From UHGV virus genome UHGV-0172791: a stretch of 43,851 bases of DNA. The stretch is one strand, 5' to 3'. A model generated the notes under the pieces. That model had not been told where the DNA came from, searched no databases, and was given only the letters and a program-made list of their open reading frames with translations. The stretch is from a virus. Made by a program: the position numbers and the translations under genes. The stretch's first letter is position 1. Every line of letters begins with the position of its first letter. Positions 1 through 8,652 of this stretch are shown piece after piece.

Positions 1-1230
1 GTTGTCGATTCTGAAGTGTTGGGTGAAATTTACTTATCACTCAATGATGTGAATAACGTAGGGAAAGACGACACTGTTGTGTTAGGTACTTTTAAATTCA
101 CGGTACGCGACAGTCTTATCAATCAAATAGAAAGCGACATTAAAGTATCTTATATTCGCATGTTTGATGATTTGCGTTCGGAATTAGAAAAGAAAGTGCA
201 ACAACTTAAGCAAGATATAGGCGATACCCAAACGTTGATTGAATCTATTAAGCAAACAGCTGAAGAATACCTCATTAAAATAAACAAGGCTCAAGCAGAC
301 GCTCTTATTGCCATTACAGACGCATTATTGTCGTCTAACCAAAGCATTGACTTAGAGAGAGAAGAAGCTTTAAGACAAATTGATGCTAAACGTGACGCTA
401 TCAAAACGGATTATGATTTAGCTTCAGATACATTCAAAAAAACTTATGATAGCAATGTGGATGCTTTTAATTCAAATGTTAATCAAGCTAACACAACAAT
501 TGACGAAAAACTACAAACATTTAATGAAACACTTGAAAGAGATGGCTTTACTACCCCTGAATATGTAGAAAGTAAGTTTACAGAAAAGGATTGGCAAAAA
601 TTTAAATTAACAAATGATGATGGCACTAACTTTTATGATTCTAGCTTACAAATAGATTTCGATAATAATGAACAATTAACTGCTTTACCTATTGGCACAC
701 GATATGTTGCTTTAACACTAAACAACCCTCCTGAAACTAACAACAATGGTTGGTTAACGAAGTTAAAAAGAGGTGATGACGCAATACTAATACGTTATCA
801 ACCTTACAATTCAACCGTTATATACCAAAAAAGATTTTACAAAACGTGGAGTGGTTGGGAGCGTGTTGGTTCAGATGTTGTAGATACTGGTTGGATTGAT
901 TTGCAACTAGTAAATAGTGCATCCCCTCATAATGATTTAGTTTCTAAAGGTGGTTTTACTAGCGCGTACAGAACAATCACACAAAATGGAATTACTAAGA
1001 AAATGTTACGCATTAATGCCACAACTATCAAACATGGACAGACTATTGCACTTTTACCTAAAGAATTTGTAAAAAAACTAATGTTTTTCTCAATAAGTGC
1101 TCCTAGAAATAAAAACAACGGACGTATTTCGTTGAATACTTCAGGAACAGTAAATTTTGACGCTACTGTAGATCCATCAGCGTGGACTGATACAGATTAT
1201 ATTTACGGTCAATATGAATGGACGGAGTGA
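1..1230 (+). CDS. Tail fibre / upper baseplate protein, C-terminal ~405 aa (5' truncated by window; likely continues from ORF at 43549..43851)
   Basis: Frame open from nt 1; coiled-coil-rich N part and beta-rich C part; sits at the end of the tail module before the lysis genes. Confidence 0.65.
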   Translation, partial: VVDSEVLGEIYLSLNDVNNVGKDDTVVLGTFKFTVRDSLINQIESDIKVSYIRMFDDLRSELEKKVQQLKQDIGDTQTLIESIKQTAEEYLIKINKAQADALIAITDALLSSNQSIDLEREEALRQIDAKRDAIKTDYDLASDTFKKTYDSNVDAFNSNVNQANTTIDEKLQTFNETLERDGFTTPEYVESKFTEKDWQKFKLTNDDGTNFYDSSLQIDFDNNEQLTALPIGTRYVALTLNNPPETNNNGWLTKLKRGDDAILIRYQPYNSTVIYQKRFYKTWSGWERVGSDVVDTGWIDLQLVNSASPHNDLVSKGGFTSAYRTITQNGITKKMLRINATTIKHGQTIALLPKEFVKKLMFFSISAPRNKNNGRISLNTSGTVNFDATVDPSAWTDTDYIYGQYEWTE

Positions 1231-1574
1231 TAAAAGTGAAAGTAGTTTATTTATGGAAAAATGGACAAGCAATTATTGTTCACAAAAACGAAGAAGATGA
1301 ATATGTTTATCCTGATGAAAAATGGACTGAGAACAAACCTCCTCAAGGCATTATATTACCTTGCTATTATGACGGCAAACAATGGATTGGACAAACTCGA
1401 GATGAGCTAGAAAAGATGTTGCCTGAAGTAGAAATGCCTGTTGATGACAAAGATGTTGCTATAGCTAAATTGACGAGCTTAGTTGTCGATTTACAAGAAG
1501 AGGTTATGAGTTTAAAGCAGAACATCGCACTAATAACTGAAGAACAAGCAAATCAAAAATTGGGGGAAGCATAA
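1218..1574 (+). CDS. Hypothetical phage protein (118 aa)
   Basis: ORF with overlapping start to upstream gene, typical of the fibre-lysis junction in staphylococcal siphoviruses. Confidence 0.5.
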   Translation: MDGVIKVKVVYLWKNGQAIIVHKNEEDEYVYPDEKWTENKPPQGIILPCYYDGKQWIGQTRDELEKMLPEVEMPVDDKDVAIAKLTSLVVDLQEEVMSLKQNIALITEEQANQKLGEA

Positions 1575-1575
1575 T

Positions 1576-1716
1576 ATGGATAAAGTAGTAATCGATTTAT
1601 ACAAGAAAAAATTATACACTGACGAAACTTTCAAAAAGTTTGTTAGAGTTGGTTGGATTACTCCGGAACAATTTAAAGAAACTACAGGTAAAGATTACGA
1701 ACCACAAGTTAAATAG
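1576..1716 (+). CDS. XkdX-like small phage protein (46 aa)
   Basis: MDKVVIDLYKKKLYTDETFKKFVRVGWITPEQFKETTGKDY matches the XkdX family signature (GxITPEQ(F/Y)xxITG); RBS GGGGGAAGC; start overlaps upstream stop. Confidence 0.5.
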   Translation: MDKVVIDLYKKKLYTDETFKKFVRVGWITPEQFKETTGKDYEPQVK

Positions 1717-1719
1717 CTT

Positions 1720-2052
1720 GTGGTTTTTATTTTAAGTGAAGTAGGTGTTTATATGACAGAAAGTAGCCAAAGAGGAGATTACGAAAGACGTATAAAAAGA
1801 TTGGAAGATAACGACGAAAAAATCTTCAACTCTTTGGAACAGATAAAAGATGGACAACACAATCAAAATTTGATTAATCAAAAAATGAATTTCACTTTGG
1901 ACTCTATCAACAGAGAGAGAGAATTAGAATCTCAAAACAAAAAAGAAAATCAAAAAAACATCAAAGACATTAAAATGTGGGTTTTAGGATTGGTTGGCAC
2001 TATAGCTGGTTCTTTAATCGTAGCAGTATTAAGAATGTTTTTCGGTGTTTAA
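1720..2052 (+). CDS. Hypothetical coiled-coil protein with C-terminal transmembrane anchor (110 aa)
   Basis: Charged, heptad-rich N-terminus; C-terminal WVLGLVGTIAGSLIVAVLRMFFGV hydrophobic helix. Confidence 0.5.
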   Translation: MVFILSEVGVYMTESSQRGDYERRIKRLEDNDEKIFNSLEQIKDGQHNQNLINQKMNFTLDSINRERELESQNKKENQKNIKDIKMWVLGLVGTIAGSLIVAVLRMFFGV

Positions 2053-2068
2053 AGGAGGTGAGTTACCA

Positions 2069-2131
2069 TGTTCGGATTATTTTTAGGCGCAAGTTTTTGG
2101 GAATGTTTCTGGTTTGGTAAATGTAAATAAT
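2069..2131 (+). CDS. Very small hydrophobic peptide (20 aa), doubtful
   Basis: Strong RBS AAGGAGGTGA 7 nt before ATG; MFGLFLGASFWECFWFGKCK; followed by terminator. Confidence 0.2.
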
Positions 2132-2138
2132 TAGATTA

Positions 2139-2168
2139 TTAAGCCGGTTTTTTAGTCGGCTTTTTATT
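2139..2168 (+). terminator. Rho-independent terminator
   Basis: AAGCCGG-TTTTTTA-GTCGGCTT hairpin followed by TTTTATT. Confidence 0.5.
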
Positions 2169-2190
2169 ATCCCAGAAATGAGGTGGATAT

Positions 2191-4347
2191 ATGGGATTAC
2201 CTAGTCCTAAAAGAAGAAAACCTACTGCTTCGGAAGTTGCAGCATGGGCAAAAAGAATGATTGGCAGAAGAGTTGATGTAGATGGTTATTATGGCGCCCA
2301 GTGTTGAATCTAGCACCTTTGATGAGTAATCATCATAGCAAACTCCTCTAATTCATGGGAACCCTAAACAAGTTATGTTGTAGGCAATCATGAGCGAAGC
2401 CTATAAATAGGAACGTGCAACGACTAGTCGAAAGACGTACACTCAAGCGAGTGGAAACGGGGAGCAACCTAATAGGTTGATGATATAGTCTGAACATTCA
2501 TAGAAATATGAAGAAGGTGACAAGTGGCGATTGTCATCGTAACAAAATTGTGGGATTTACCAAACTACATTTTCAATAGATATTGGCATTTCAAAACAAC
2601 AGGAAATGCGATTGCTATGGCGTGGTATAGATATCCTAAAGGGTTCAAATTCTATAGGAATACTAGAAACTTTGTTCCGAAACCCGGAGATATGGCTGTA
2701 TGGGGTACAGGTTCTTTTAATAACGGTGTCGGACATACTGCTGTTGTAATAGGTCCATCTACAAAAAGTTACTTTACTAGCGTGGATCAAAATTGGATTG
2801 GTGCAAATGGTTATACAGGCTCGCCTGGTGCGAAAATTAAACATAGTTATAACGGTATAAGTGGGTTCGTCAGACCTCCTTATCATGCAGAAACTAAGAA
2901 ACCATCGAAACCAAGTAGTACACCGTCTAAACCCTCTAACGACAACACTCCTAAAAATACAAAAGAACAAACGAAACCTATAACTAAAGAAATTACCAAA
3001 GTTTCCTATACATCATTCGCATACGATTTAGACGATGATTTAGAATACATTTATCATTATATGGTTGAAGGTCAAAAGTTGATAGGGAAAGTAAAAGGTA
3101 TATATATCAAAGAGAGTACACATATGCGTTCTGTTGAAGAATTGTATTTACAACGTAATAAATATGTAAATGAAGATGAATATCCTCATGTATATATAGA
3201 CCGTGAGCGTGTATGGACGCCTAGACCTGATTCAGAAGAAGCACCAGAACATCCAGGTTGGCTTGTTATGGAAGTTTGTGGAGGACAAACAGAAAGCAAA
3301 CGGCAATTCATGCTCAATCAAATCAGAGCGTTAATCTACGGCGTTTGGTTGCTAAGTTGGAGTAAGGTAAAACTATCTGAATCATCAATCAAAGCAGACC
3401 CTAATATATGGCGTTCTATGAAAGATTTAATTAATTACGACTTAATCAAAAACGGTATTCCTGATGAAAGTAAATATAAAGAAGTTGAAAAGAAAATAAT
3501 AGGTTTATATTTAAAAAGAGATAAATTACTCACAGAAACGATTACCACAACAACTACAAAGACAACCATAAAGATTAAACCTAAAACTTCGGTCGATAAC
3601 CCTGAACAGAACGACAAACCGACAGACAAAAAAAGCAAAACAACAAACAGAACTTCGAATAAACCTCGTGTAGTTGTAGAGAAAAGTAAATATACTTTCC
3701 AACAAGCACTGAACGCTCAAATGGCATACGGTAAACCTCAAAAATCTTATAGTTGGGGTTGGGGAAATGCATCTAGGTCTCAAACGAGTAAGTATATGAA
3801 CCCTAACACTATATGGAATAGTTCAGTACAAAGGTATCAAATGTTAGATCTTGGTAAGTATCAAGGTATATCAGTAAGTAAGTTGAATAAGATACTTAAA
3901 GGTAAAGGTACTCTATCCGGACAAGGTAAAGCTTTCGCAGACGGCTGTAAAAAATACAACGTTAATGAAATATATTTAATTGCTCACGCTTTCTTAGAAA
4001 GTGGATATGGACGTAGTAACTACGCAAGTGGACGTTATGGTATATACAACTATTTTGGTATTGCAGCATACGACAATAACCCTAATGCTTCTATAGCATA
4101 CGCCAAACGACAAGGTTGGACGAGTCCACGTAACGGTATTATAGGTGGCGCTAAGTTCGTTAGAAAACAATTCTTTAATCAAGGAAAGAACACTTTATAC
4201 CGAATGCGTTGGAACCCTAAAAACCCAGGTCGCATGCAATATGCTACTGCGATTGAGTGGTGTAATTTCCAAGCAACAACAATAAACAGCTTATACAAAA
4301 AAGTAGGATTAAAAGGTATGTATTATATCAGAGATAAATATAGATAA
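2191..4347 (+). CDS. Tail-associated peptidoglycan hydrolase (CHAP domain + C-terminal glucosaminidase domain), split by an intron: exon 1 2191..2304, exon 2 2551..4347
   Basis: Exon 1 MGLPSPKRRKPTASEVAAWAKRMIGRRVDVDGYYGAQC ends at the CHAP catalytic Cys and is followed by TGA. Exon 2 resumes in frame with WDLPNYIFNRYW...GHTAVV (CHAP His). C-terminus NEIYLIAHAFLESGYGRSNYASG...YRMRWNP is glucosaminidase-like. The intact endolysin in this window has the same motif, YGYQCFDVANQYW. Confidence 0.7.
2305..2550 (+). ncRNA. Putative ORF-less group I intron (246 nt) in the tail hydrolase gene
   Basis: Upstream exon ends in U (..CAGUGU) and can pair with GCAC 8 nt inside the intron, giving P1 with the U.G wobble at the splice site; intron ends in G (..AAAAUUG) before exon 2 UGG; length is a multiple of 3; no ORF inside. 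Confidence 0.5.
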
Positions 4348-4399
4348 AAGGCTACTCACTGACGGTGGGTAGCCTTTAATAATTGAAAGGTGGTTTCTA

Positions 4400-5875
4400 A
4401 TGTTAATAAATGTACTTAATTTAAATGATTCACAAGACGGCAATCGCATTAAACAAGGTGACCTATCACATATGCGATACATCTTATCTGACACTAACAA
4501 AGACGACTTAAAACTAGACGGATTACCTGCAAAAGTTTTTCTCACTGACAATACAGGTGTCAAATATATCTACGACACTACAGTTAGGCAATATGACAAT
4601 GCCTATGTGTGCGATGTTGTAATCAATCAGATTATCCCTGCAAACACATATTCATTAGAAATATGGGTGGATAACAAGTATGTATTCCCGTCTGATAAGA
4701 AAACGAAAATCGAAGTAACTGAAAGTGTGATTGGTAGACAATTGATCAATACACAAAACCATGATTTGTGGCAAGAGATGATTGAATACGGCGTAAAAAA
4801 CGGATTGATTAAGAACCAAACTGAAACCGAAGTAAATTATTCTCCTCTCAAAAATTTAACAGGAGTGTTTATTGGTGATAGTATAACTGAAGTTAATTTT
4901 AGAACATCAAAGAATTACCATCAATTTATAGCAGAACGTACAGGCTTAAATGTAATTAATTTAGGTGTGAGTGGTACAGGATACGTAGACCGAATTAACG
5001 CAGTTGATTCTATCACAGAACAACCTGATTTCATCTCTGTATTTTTAGGAACGAATGATTATTCAGGAGTTACAGGTAGCAAATTATTAGGAGATGTGAC
5101 TGACACCGATGCTCCTACAGTCGCCAGTCATATATATGCATTATTGAATAACTTGATTAACAAGTTTCCTAACACACCTGTTCTAACTATCACACCTTTA
5201 CCAAGAATTGAAAGTAACCCTTACGATGAAAACAAAGGAGAAAATGGTTATTCATTGTATGAATTATCAAAAGTGATTAAAGGAGTATCTAAACGTTTAG
5301 GTGTTCCGTGTTTAGATTTATATCATTGTAGCCATTTAAGACCATGGATTGATGAAGTTAATCAACATTTCTTTTCATATCAAGAAGGACAAGCAGATGG
5401 TTTACACCCTAATTATAGAGGCCATGAATACATTTCATATCCAATACAATCATTTCTCGAACAACATGCTATTGTAGGAGAAATACAACCATTTGTATCA
5501 GACGAAGCACCAGTTATTAAGATTGTACCAAAAGCATCGTTTGAAACATTAGAAGATGGCTCAACACTTGCCACTATTCCTAGCGTTCAACCTACATGGA
5601 TAGAAGATCAAAGTTTCATGTTAAGAATACCAGTAGAAACATTGAATTTAAAAAGCAAAAAAATAGCAGAAGTTGATTATAACGGAAATAAGATTTTAAA
5701 ACCTAATGATATATTAAATAATAGTCCGTTTTGGTATGCCGTTTCAAGTTATCCTAAAGGTGAATTCAATCGCATAGATGAAATCAATGATTTTGTTCAA
5801 CACTTAAACTATGTAGGTGATACAGAATATGGTAAAACCTACGAACCGATTACAATAAAACTCAAATATAAATAA
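4400..5875 (+). CDS. Tail/baseplate-associated protein with SGNH/GDSL hydrolase domain (491 aa)
   Basis: GVFIGDSITE (block I GDS), ...GTNDY..., DGLHPN motifs typical of SGNH esterases; located between tail hydrolase and holin as in phi11-like phages. Confidence 0.6.
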   Translation: MLINVLNLNDSQDGNRIKQGDLSHMRYILSDTNKDDLKLDGLPAKVFLTDNTGVKYIYDTTVRQYDNAYVCDVVINQIIPANTYSLEIWVDNKYVFPSDKKTKIEVTESVIGRQLINTQNHDLWQEMIEYGVKNGLIKNQTETEVNYSPLKNLTGVFIGDSITEVNFRTSKNYHQFIAERTGLNVINLGVSGTGYVDRINAVDSITEQPDFISVFLGTNDYSGVTGSKLLGDVTDTDAPTVASHIYALLNNLINKFPNTPVLTITPLPRIESNPYDENKGENGYSLYELSKVIKGVSKRLGVPCLDLYHCSHLRPWIDEVNQHFFSYQEGQADGLHPNYRGHEYISYPIQSFLEQHAIVGEIQPFVSDEAPVIKIVPKASFETLEDGSTLATIPSVQPTWIEDQSFMLRIPVETLNLKSKKIAEVDYNGNKILKPNDILNNSPFWYAVSSYPKGEFNRIDEINDFVQHLNYVGDTEYGKTYEPITIKLKYK

Positions 5876-5921
5876 ACTCAAGTCAGCGCTTTGCGTTGGC
5901 TTTTTAATTTAACTAAAAGGA

Positions 5922-6200
5922 GTGTTATACATGAAAACAGATGTAGGTTCAATCGTTAGAACAATTGTGTTTATTTTAGCTTGGGTTAACCAATTTTTAG
6001 CTACGAAACATATTTCACCTATTCCGGTAGACGAAGTGACTATCAGTTCTATTATTACTGGTGCAATTTCTTTGTGGACTTGGTGGAAAAACAATAATTT
6101 CTCTCACGCAGCACAAAAAGGACAACAAAAATTGCATGAAGTTAAAGCAGGTACAGACTCAACGGGTGCTGCGCCTAGAATGAATGGAGATGATTTCTAA
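5922..6200 (+). CDS. Holin (dual-start motif MLYMKT)
   Basis: Two predicted TM helices (IVRTIVFILAWVNQFLA; ISSIITGAISLWTWW), charged C-terminus, immediately upstream of endolysin; two in-frame Met codons 3 codons apart (5922 and 5931) each with RBS. Confidence 0.7.
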   Translation: MLYMKTDVGSIVRTIVFILAWVNQFLATKHISPIPVDEVTISSIITGAISLWTWWKNNNFSHAAQKGQQKLHEVKAGTDSTGAAPRMNGDDF

Positions 6201-7603
6201 TGGTATCTGTTAGAACATACAAACAAGCTATAAGTTATCTAAAAAGTTTAGAGGGGAAAGCAGTAAATCCTGATGGTGCTTATGGATATCAATGTTTCGA
6301 TGTAGCCAACCAATATTGGTTATACCTATTCGGTCATACTTTAAAAGGTGTGGGTGCTGCAGACATTCCGACATGGAACAATTTTACAGGAGAAGCTACT
6401 GTTTATGAGAATACATTATCATTCTTAGCTAAGCCTGGAGATGTAGTGATATTCAACAGAAATTATGGCGGGGGGTATGGTCACGTAGGTATCGTTATTT
6501 CTGCCACTTCTAACTCTATAACGATACTTGAGCAAAATTGGGTTGGGGGTGCGTATTGGACACCACCTGAAGTCACTACAAGACGTACACATGGTTATGA
6601 CTTCCCTATGTGGTTTATCAGACCGTTCTACGCTAAAGAAACGACTAAGAACAAAGTTAAAAGCAAAACTAAGCCTGTTAAGAAAGCGAAAGCTAAGAAA
6701 GGTAAGAAAATCTTACTTGTTGCAGGTCATGGAAAAGGTGCTTATTCAAATGATCCTGGTACCGTAGCAAATGGATATAATGAGCGCGACTTTAACAGGA
6801 AAGAGATTATACCTAGAATAAAAAAACAACTCGAAAGTGTAGGAAATACAGTTGTTTTATACGGTGGAAAGTCAATGAATCAAGACTTGTATCAAGACAC
6901 ACTATACGGTCAACGTGTAGGTAACTATTCAGATTATGGTTTATATTGGGTTAAAAAGAATGTGAAACCTGATGTGATTGTAGAATTTCACTTAGACGCT
7001 GCTAGTCCACAAGCTAGTGGTGGTCATGTCATTGTAAGTGACAGGTATCCTGCAGACGATATAGACAAAGCGTTATCTAGCGCTCTAGGTAAGACAGTTG
7101 GTAAAATCAGAGGCGTGACACCTAGAAACGATTTGTTAAACGCTAACGTTACAGGACAACTCAATTTAAATTACAGATTGATTGAGTTAGGTTTTATCAC
7201 TAGTAAAAAAGACATGGACTATATCACTAAGAACATCAACAGTTTTACTAAACGACTTGCAGAGGCTATTAACGGTAGACAAATAAACGCACCAAAAAGC
7301 AAACCATCTAAAGCTAAAACAACGTGGGATTGGGCAGGTAAATTCACTGCTAACAGTACTATTAAAGTACGTAAGTCGCCTGGACTTAAAGGCACTGTAG
7401 TTGAAAGTGGTTCGTGGTTGTACAAAGGAAATTATGTTCCTTTCGACCAAGTAATCAAAAAAGATGGGTATTGGTGGATTAGATTTGAATATGTTCAGCC
7501 AGGCTCAAGTGACAAACATTTCTACTGCGCCGTTTGTAAAATCACAGACAAACAGCAAAAAATAAAAAATGAGAAATATTGGGGTAAAATAGACTGGAAA
7601 TGA
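6200..7603 (+). CDS. Endolysin: CHAP + amidase_3 (N-acetylmuramoyl-L-alanine amidase) + SH3b cell-wall binding domain
   Basis: YGYQCFDVANQYW / GHVGIV (CHAP Cys/His); ILLVAGHGKGAYSNDPGTVANGYNERDFN (amidase_3); C-terminal WDWAGKF...GYWWIRFEY SH3b-like; start overlaps holin stop (ATGA). Confidence 0.9.
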   Translation: MVSVRTYKQAISYLKSLEGKAVNPDGAYGYQCFDVANQYWLYLFGHTLKGVGAADIPTWNNFTGEATVYENTLSFLAKPGDVVIFNRNYGGGYGHVGIVISATSNSITILEQNWVGGAYWTPPEVTTRRTHGYDFPMWFIRPFYAKETTKNKVKSKTKPVKKAKAKKGKKILLVAGHGKGAYSNDPGTVANGYNERDFNRKEIIPRIKKQLESVGNTVVLYGGKSMNQDLYQDTLYGQRVGNYSDYGLYWVKKNVKPDVIVEFHLDAASPQASGGHVIVSDRYPADDIDKALSSALGKTVGKIRGVTPRNDLLNANVTGQLNLNYRLIELGFITSKKDMDYITKNINSFTKRLAEAINGRQINAPKSKPSKAKTTWDWAGKFTANSTIKVRKSPGLKGTVVESGSWLYKGNYVPFDQVIKKDGYWWIRFEYVQPGSSDKHFYCAVCKITDKQQKIKNEKYWGKIDWK

Positions 7604-7631
7604 TATAATTAACTTACCACGTCATTATACA

Positions 7632-7662
7632 AGGGTAGTCACTATGGCTACCCTCTTTTTTT
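7632..7662 (+). terminator. Rho-independent terminator after endolysin
   Basis: AGGGTAG-tcactatgg-CTACCCT perfect 7-bp stem followed by CTTTTTTTT. Confidence 0.6.
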
Positions 7663-7684
7663 ATGCAAAAAACTAAAAAAAGTA

Positions 7685-7713
7685 TAGACAAAAGGACAAT
7701 TGTCCTGTATAAT
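7685..7713 (+). promoter_or_regulatory. Sigma-A-type promoter with embedded perfect palindrome GGACAATTGTCC (candidate operator)
   Basis: TAGACA (7685-7690), 17-nt spacer, TATAAT (7708-7713) preceded by TG; the 12-bp palindrome at 7694-7705 lies in the spacer; RBS AAGGAGGTGA at 7726. Confidence 0.45.
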
Positions 7714-7739
7714 AAGAAGTGTAGTAAGGAGGTGACAAC

Positions 7740-7859
7740 ATGGATAGGTTAGAAAGAGAAGAAAAAAAGACAAATATCGCTAAAGCCAAAAGCGAAACTT
7801 TCCGAAATTATTGCATTGGCATTGCGACACTTGTCTCAGTGATAAAAATATTCTTCTAA
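7740..7859 (+). CDS. Small membrane peptide A (39 aa): charged N-terminus plus C-terminal hydrophobic helix
   Basis: MDRLEREEKKTNIAKAKSETFRNYCIGIATLVSVIKIFF; strong RBS; own promoter; paralogous to peptide at 7911. Confidence 0.4.
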   Translation: MDRLEREEKKTNIAKAKSETFRNYCIGIATLVSVIKIFF

Positions 7860-7864
7860 AATAG

Positions 7865-7896
7865 GGGGGAGGTTATCCCCTCCCTCATATTATATT
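7865..7896 (+). terminator. GC-rich hairpin / probable terminator between the two peptide genes
   Basis: GGGGGAGG-ttatcc-CCTCCCTC 8-bp stem (one G.U) followed by an A/T-rich tract. Confidence 0.4.
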
Positions 7897-7910
7897 ACGA
7901 GGTGATTAAT

Positions 7911-8009
7911 ATGACAAACTTAACTAAAGCAAAGATAAAAATATTTGCAAATTATACAATTGGAATTTTAGCATTAGCATTTGCTTTATATTTAATTATT
8001 TTTAAATAA
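7911..8009 (+). CDS. Small membrane peptide B (32 aa), paralogue of peptide A
   Basis: MTNLTKAKIKIFANYTIGILALAFALYLIIFK; RBS GAGGTGA; shares TN(I/L)xKAK....NYxIGIxxL.......IF pattern with peptide A. Confidence 0.4.
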   Translation: MTNLTKAKIKIFANYTIGILALAFALYLIIFK

Positions 8010-8026
8010 AACAATCTAACCTATCC

Positions 8027-8614
8027 ATGTTTAAGATGGAAATTCAAACAGTGAAGAAACTAATCAATTCAAACATTGACGCAACTACAATTGAGAGAAA
8101 CACAGGTGTTGACGCTTCTTCTATCAGACGTATTAGAAGAGAAGAGAGAACTGTCGAAAAATTATCTTTCGAAAAAGGTATCGCGCTTTTGCATTATCAA
8201 AAGGAGCTAACTAAAATGACTGAATTAAATGATAAAATCGTAGAAGTAGAAAATCCAAATAACATTGTAGAATTTGAAAACTTACAACAATTCTTTTCTG
8301 ATATTGAAGAAATGTCAAATGGTACATTTAAGGTTGATTTTGAAACTTTAGAAAAAGTAGAACATGATAACGGTAGTATATATTATATGGTCACTACGAA
8401 TTCGACCGAAGAAATTGAATTCAATGATAATGTTGACGATGAAAACATTGAAATTCTATATGATCGTTGGTTAGAAAAAGACCAGGGCGAAGAAACACAT
8501 ATCGAAAGTATATTCTTTGAAAATGAGCAAGATGCAAAAGACTATATCAAAGTTGTTTTAAAAGGTTATGACACATTTAAAGAATGTGCTAAAGCAATCG
8601 GCGTAATTGAATAA
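8027..8614 (+). CDS. Hypothetical protein with N-terminal HTH-like segment and very acidic C-terminal domain (195 aa; alternative start at 8216 with strong RBS gives a 133-aa acidic protein)
   Basis: NIDATTIERNTGVDASSIRRIRREER resembles an HTH; C-terminal 130 aa are D/E-rich; AAAAGGAGCTAACTAAAATG internal start context at 8216. Confidence 0.45.
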   Translation: MFKMEIQTVKKLINSNIDATTIERNTGVDASSIRRIRREERTVEKLSFEKGIALLHYQKELTKMTELNDKIVEVENPNNIVEFENLQQFFSDIEEMSNGTFKVDFETLEKVEHDNGSIYYMVTTNSTEEIEFNDNVDDENIEILYDRWLEKDQGEETHIESIFFENEQDAKDYIKVVLKGYDTFKECAKAIGVIE

Positions 8615-8623
8615 ACAAAAAGC

Positions 8624-8652
8624 AACCACGTTCTTATGAGCGTGGTTTTTTT
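8624..8652. terminator. Bidirectional rho-independent terminator between convergent ORF 8027..8614 and int
   Basis: AACCACG-ttcttatgag-CGTGGTT flanked by T-run on + strand and by A-run (T-run on minus strand) upstream. Confidence 0.6.

Noticed and set aside
927-1118. Minus-strand 63-aa ORF within the tail-fibre gene, and similar antisense ORFs at 2557-2970, 3435-3783, 14415-14717, 21918-22508, 30225-30575, 41407-42789
   Set aside because: All lie antisense within better-supported long CDSs, lack RBSs, and have low-complexity or hydrophobic composition typical of spurious frames in AT-rich DNA.
2305-2307. In-frame TGA inside the CHAP hydrolase, read as a pseudogene or nonsense mutation
   Set aside because: The downstream frame resumes exactly at the CHAP motif following the catalytic Cys. 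The insert is non-coding and a multiple of 3. U/G splice-site nucleotides and a P1 pairing are present. An intron explains the region better than a decayed gene.
2524-4347. ORF-track start (GTG 2524, MAIVIVTKL...) for the hydrolase
   Set aside because: No RBS; the N-terminal 9 residues are translated intron sequence. The real N-terminus is exon 1 at 2191 with RBS GAGGTGG.
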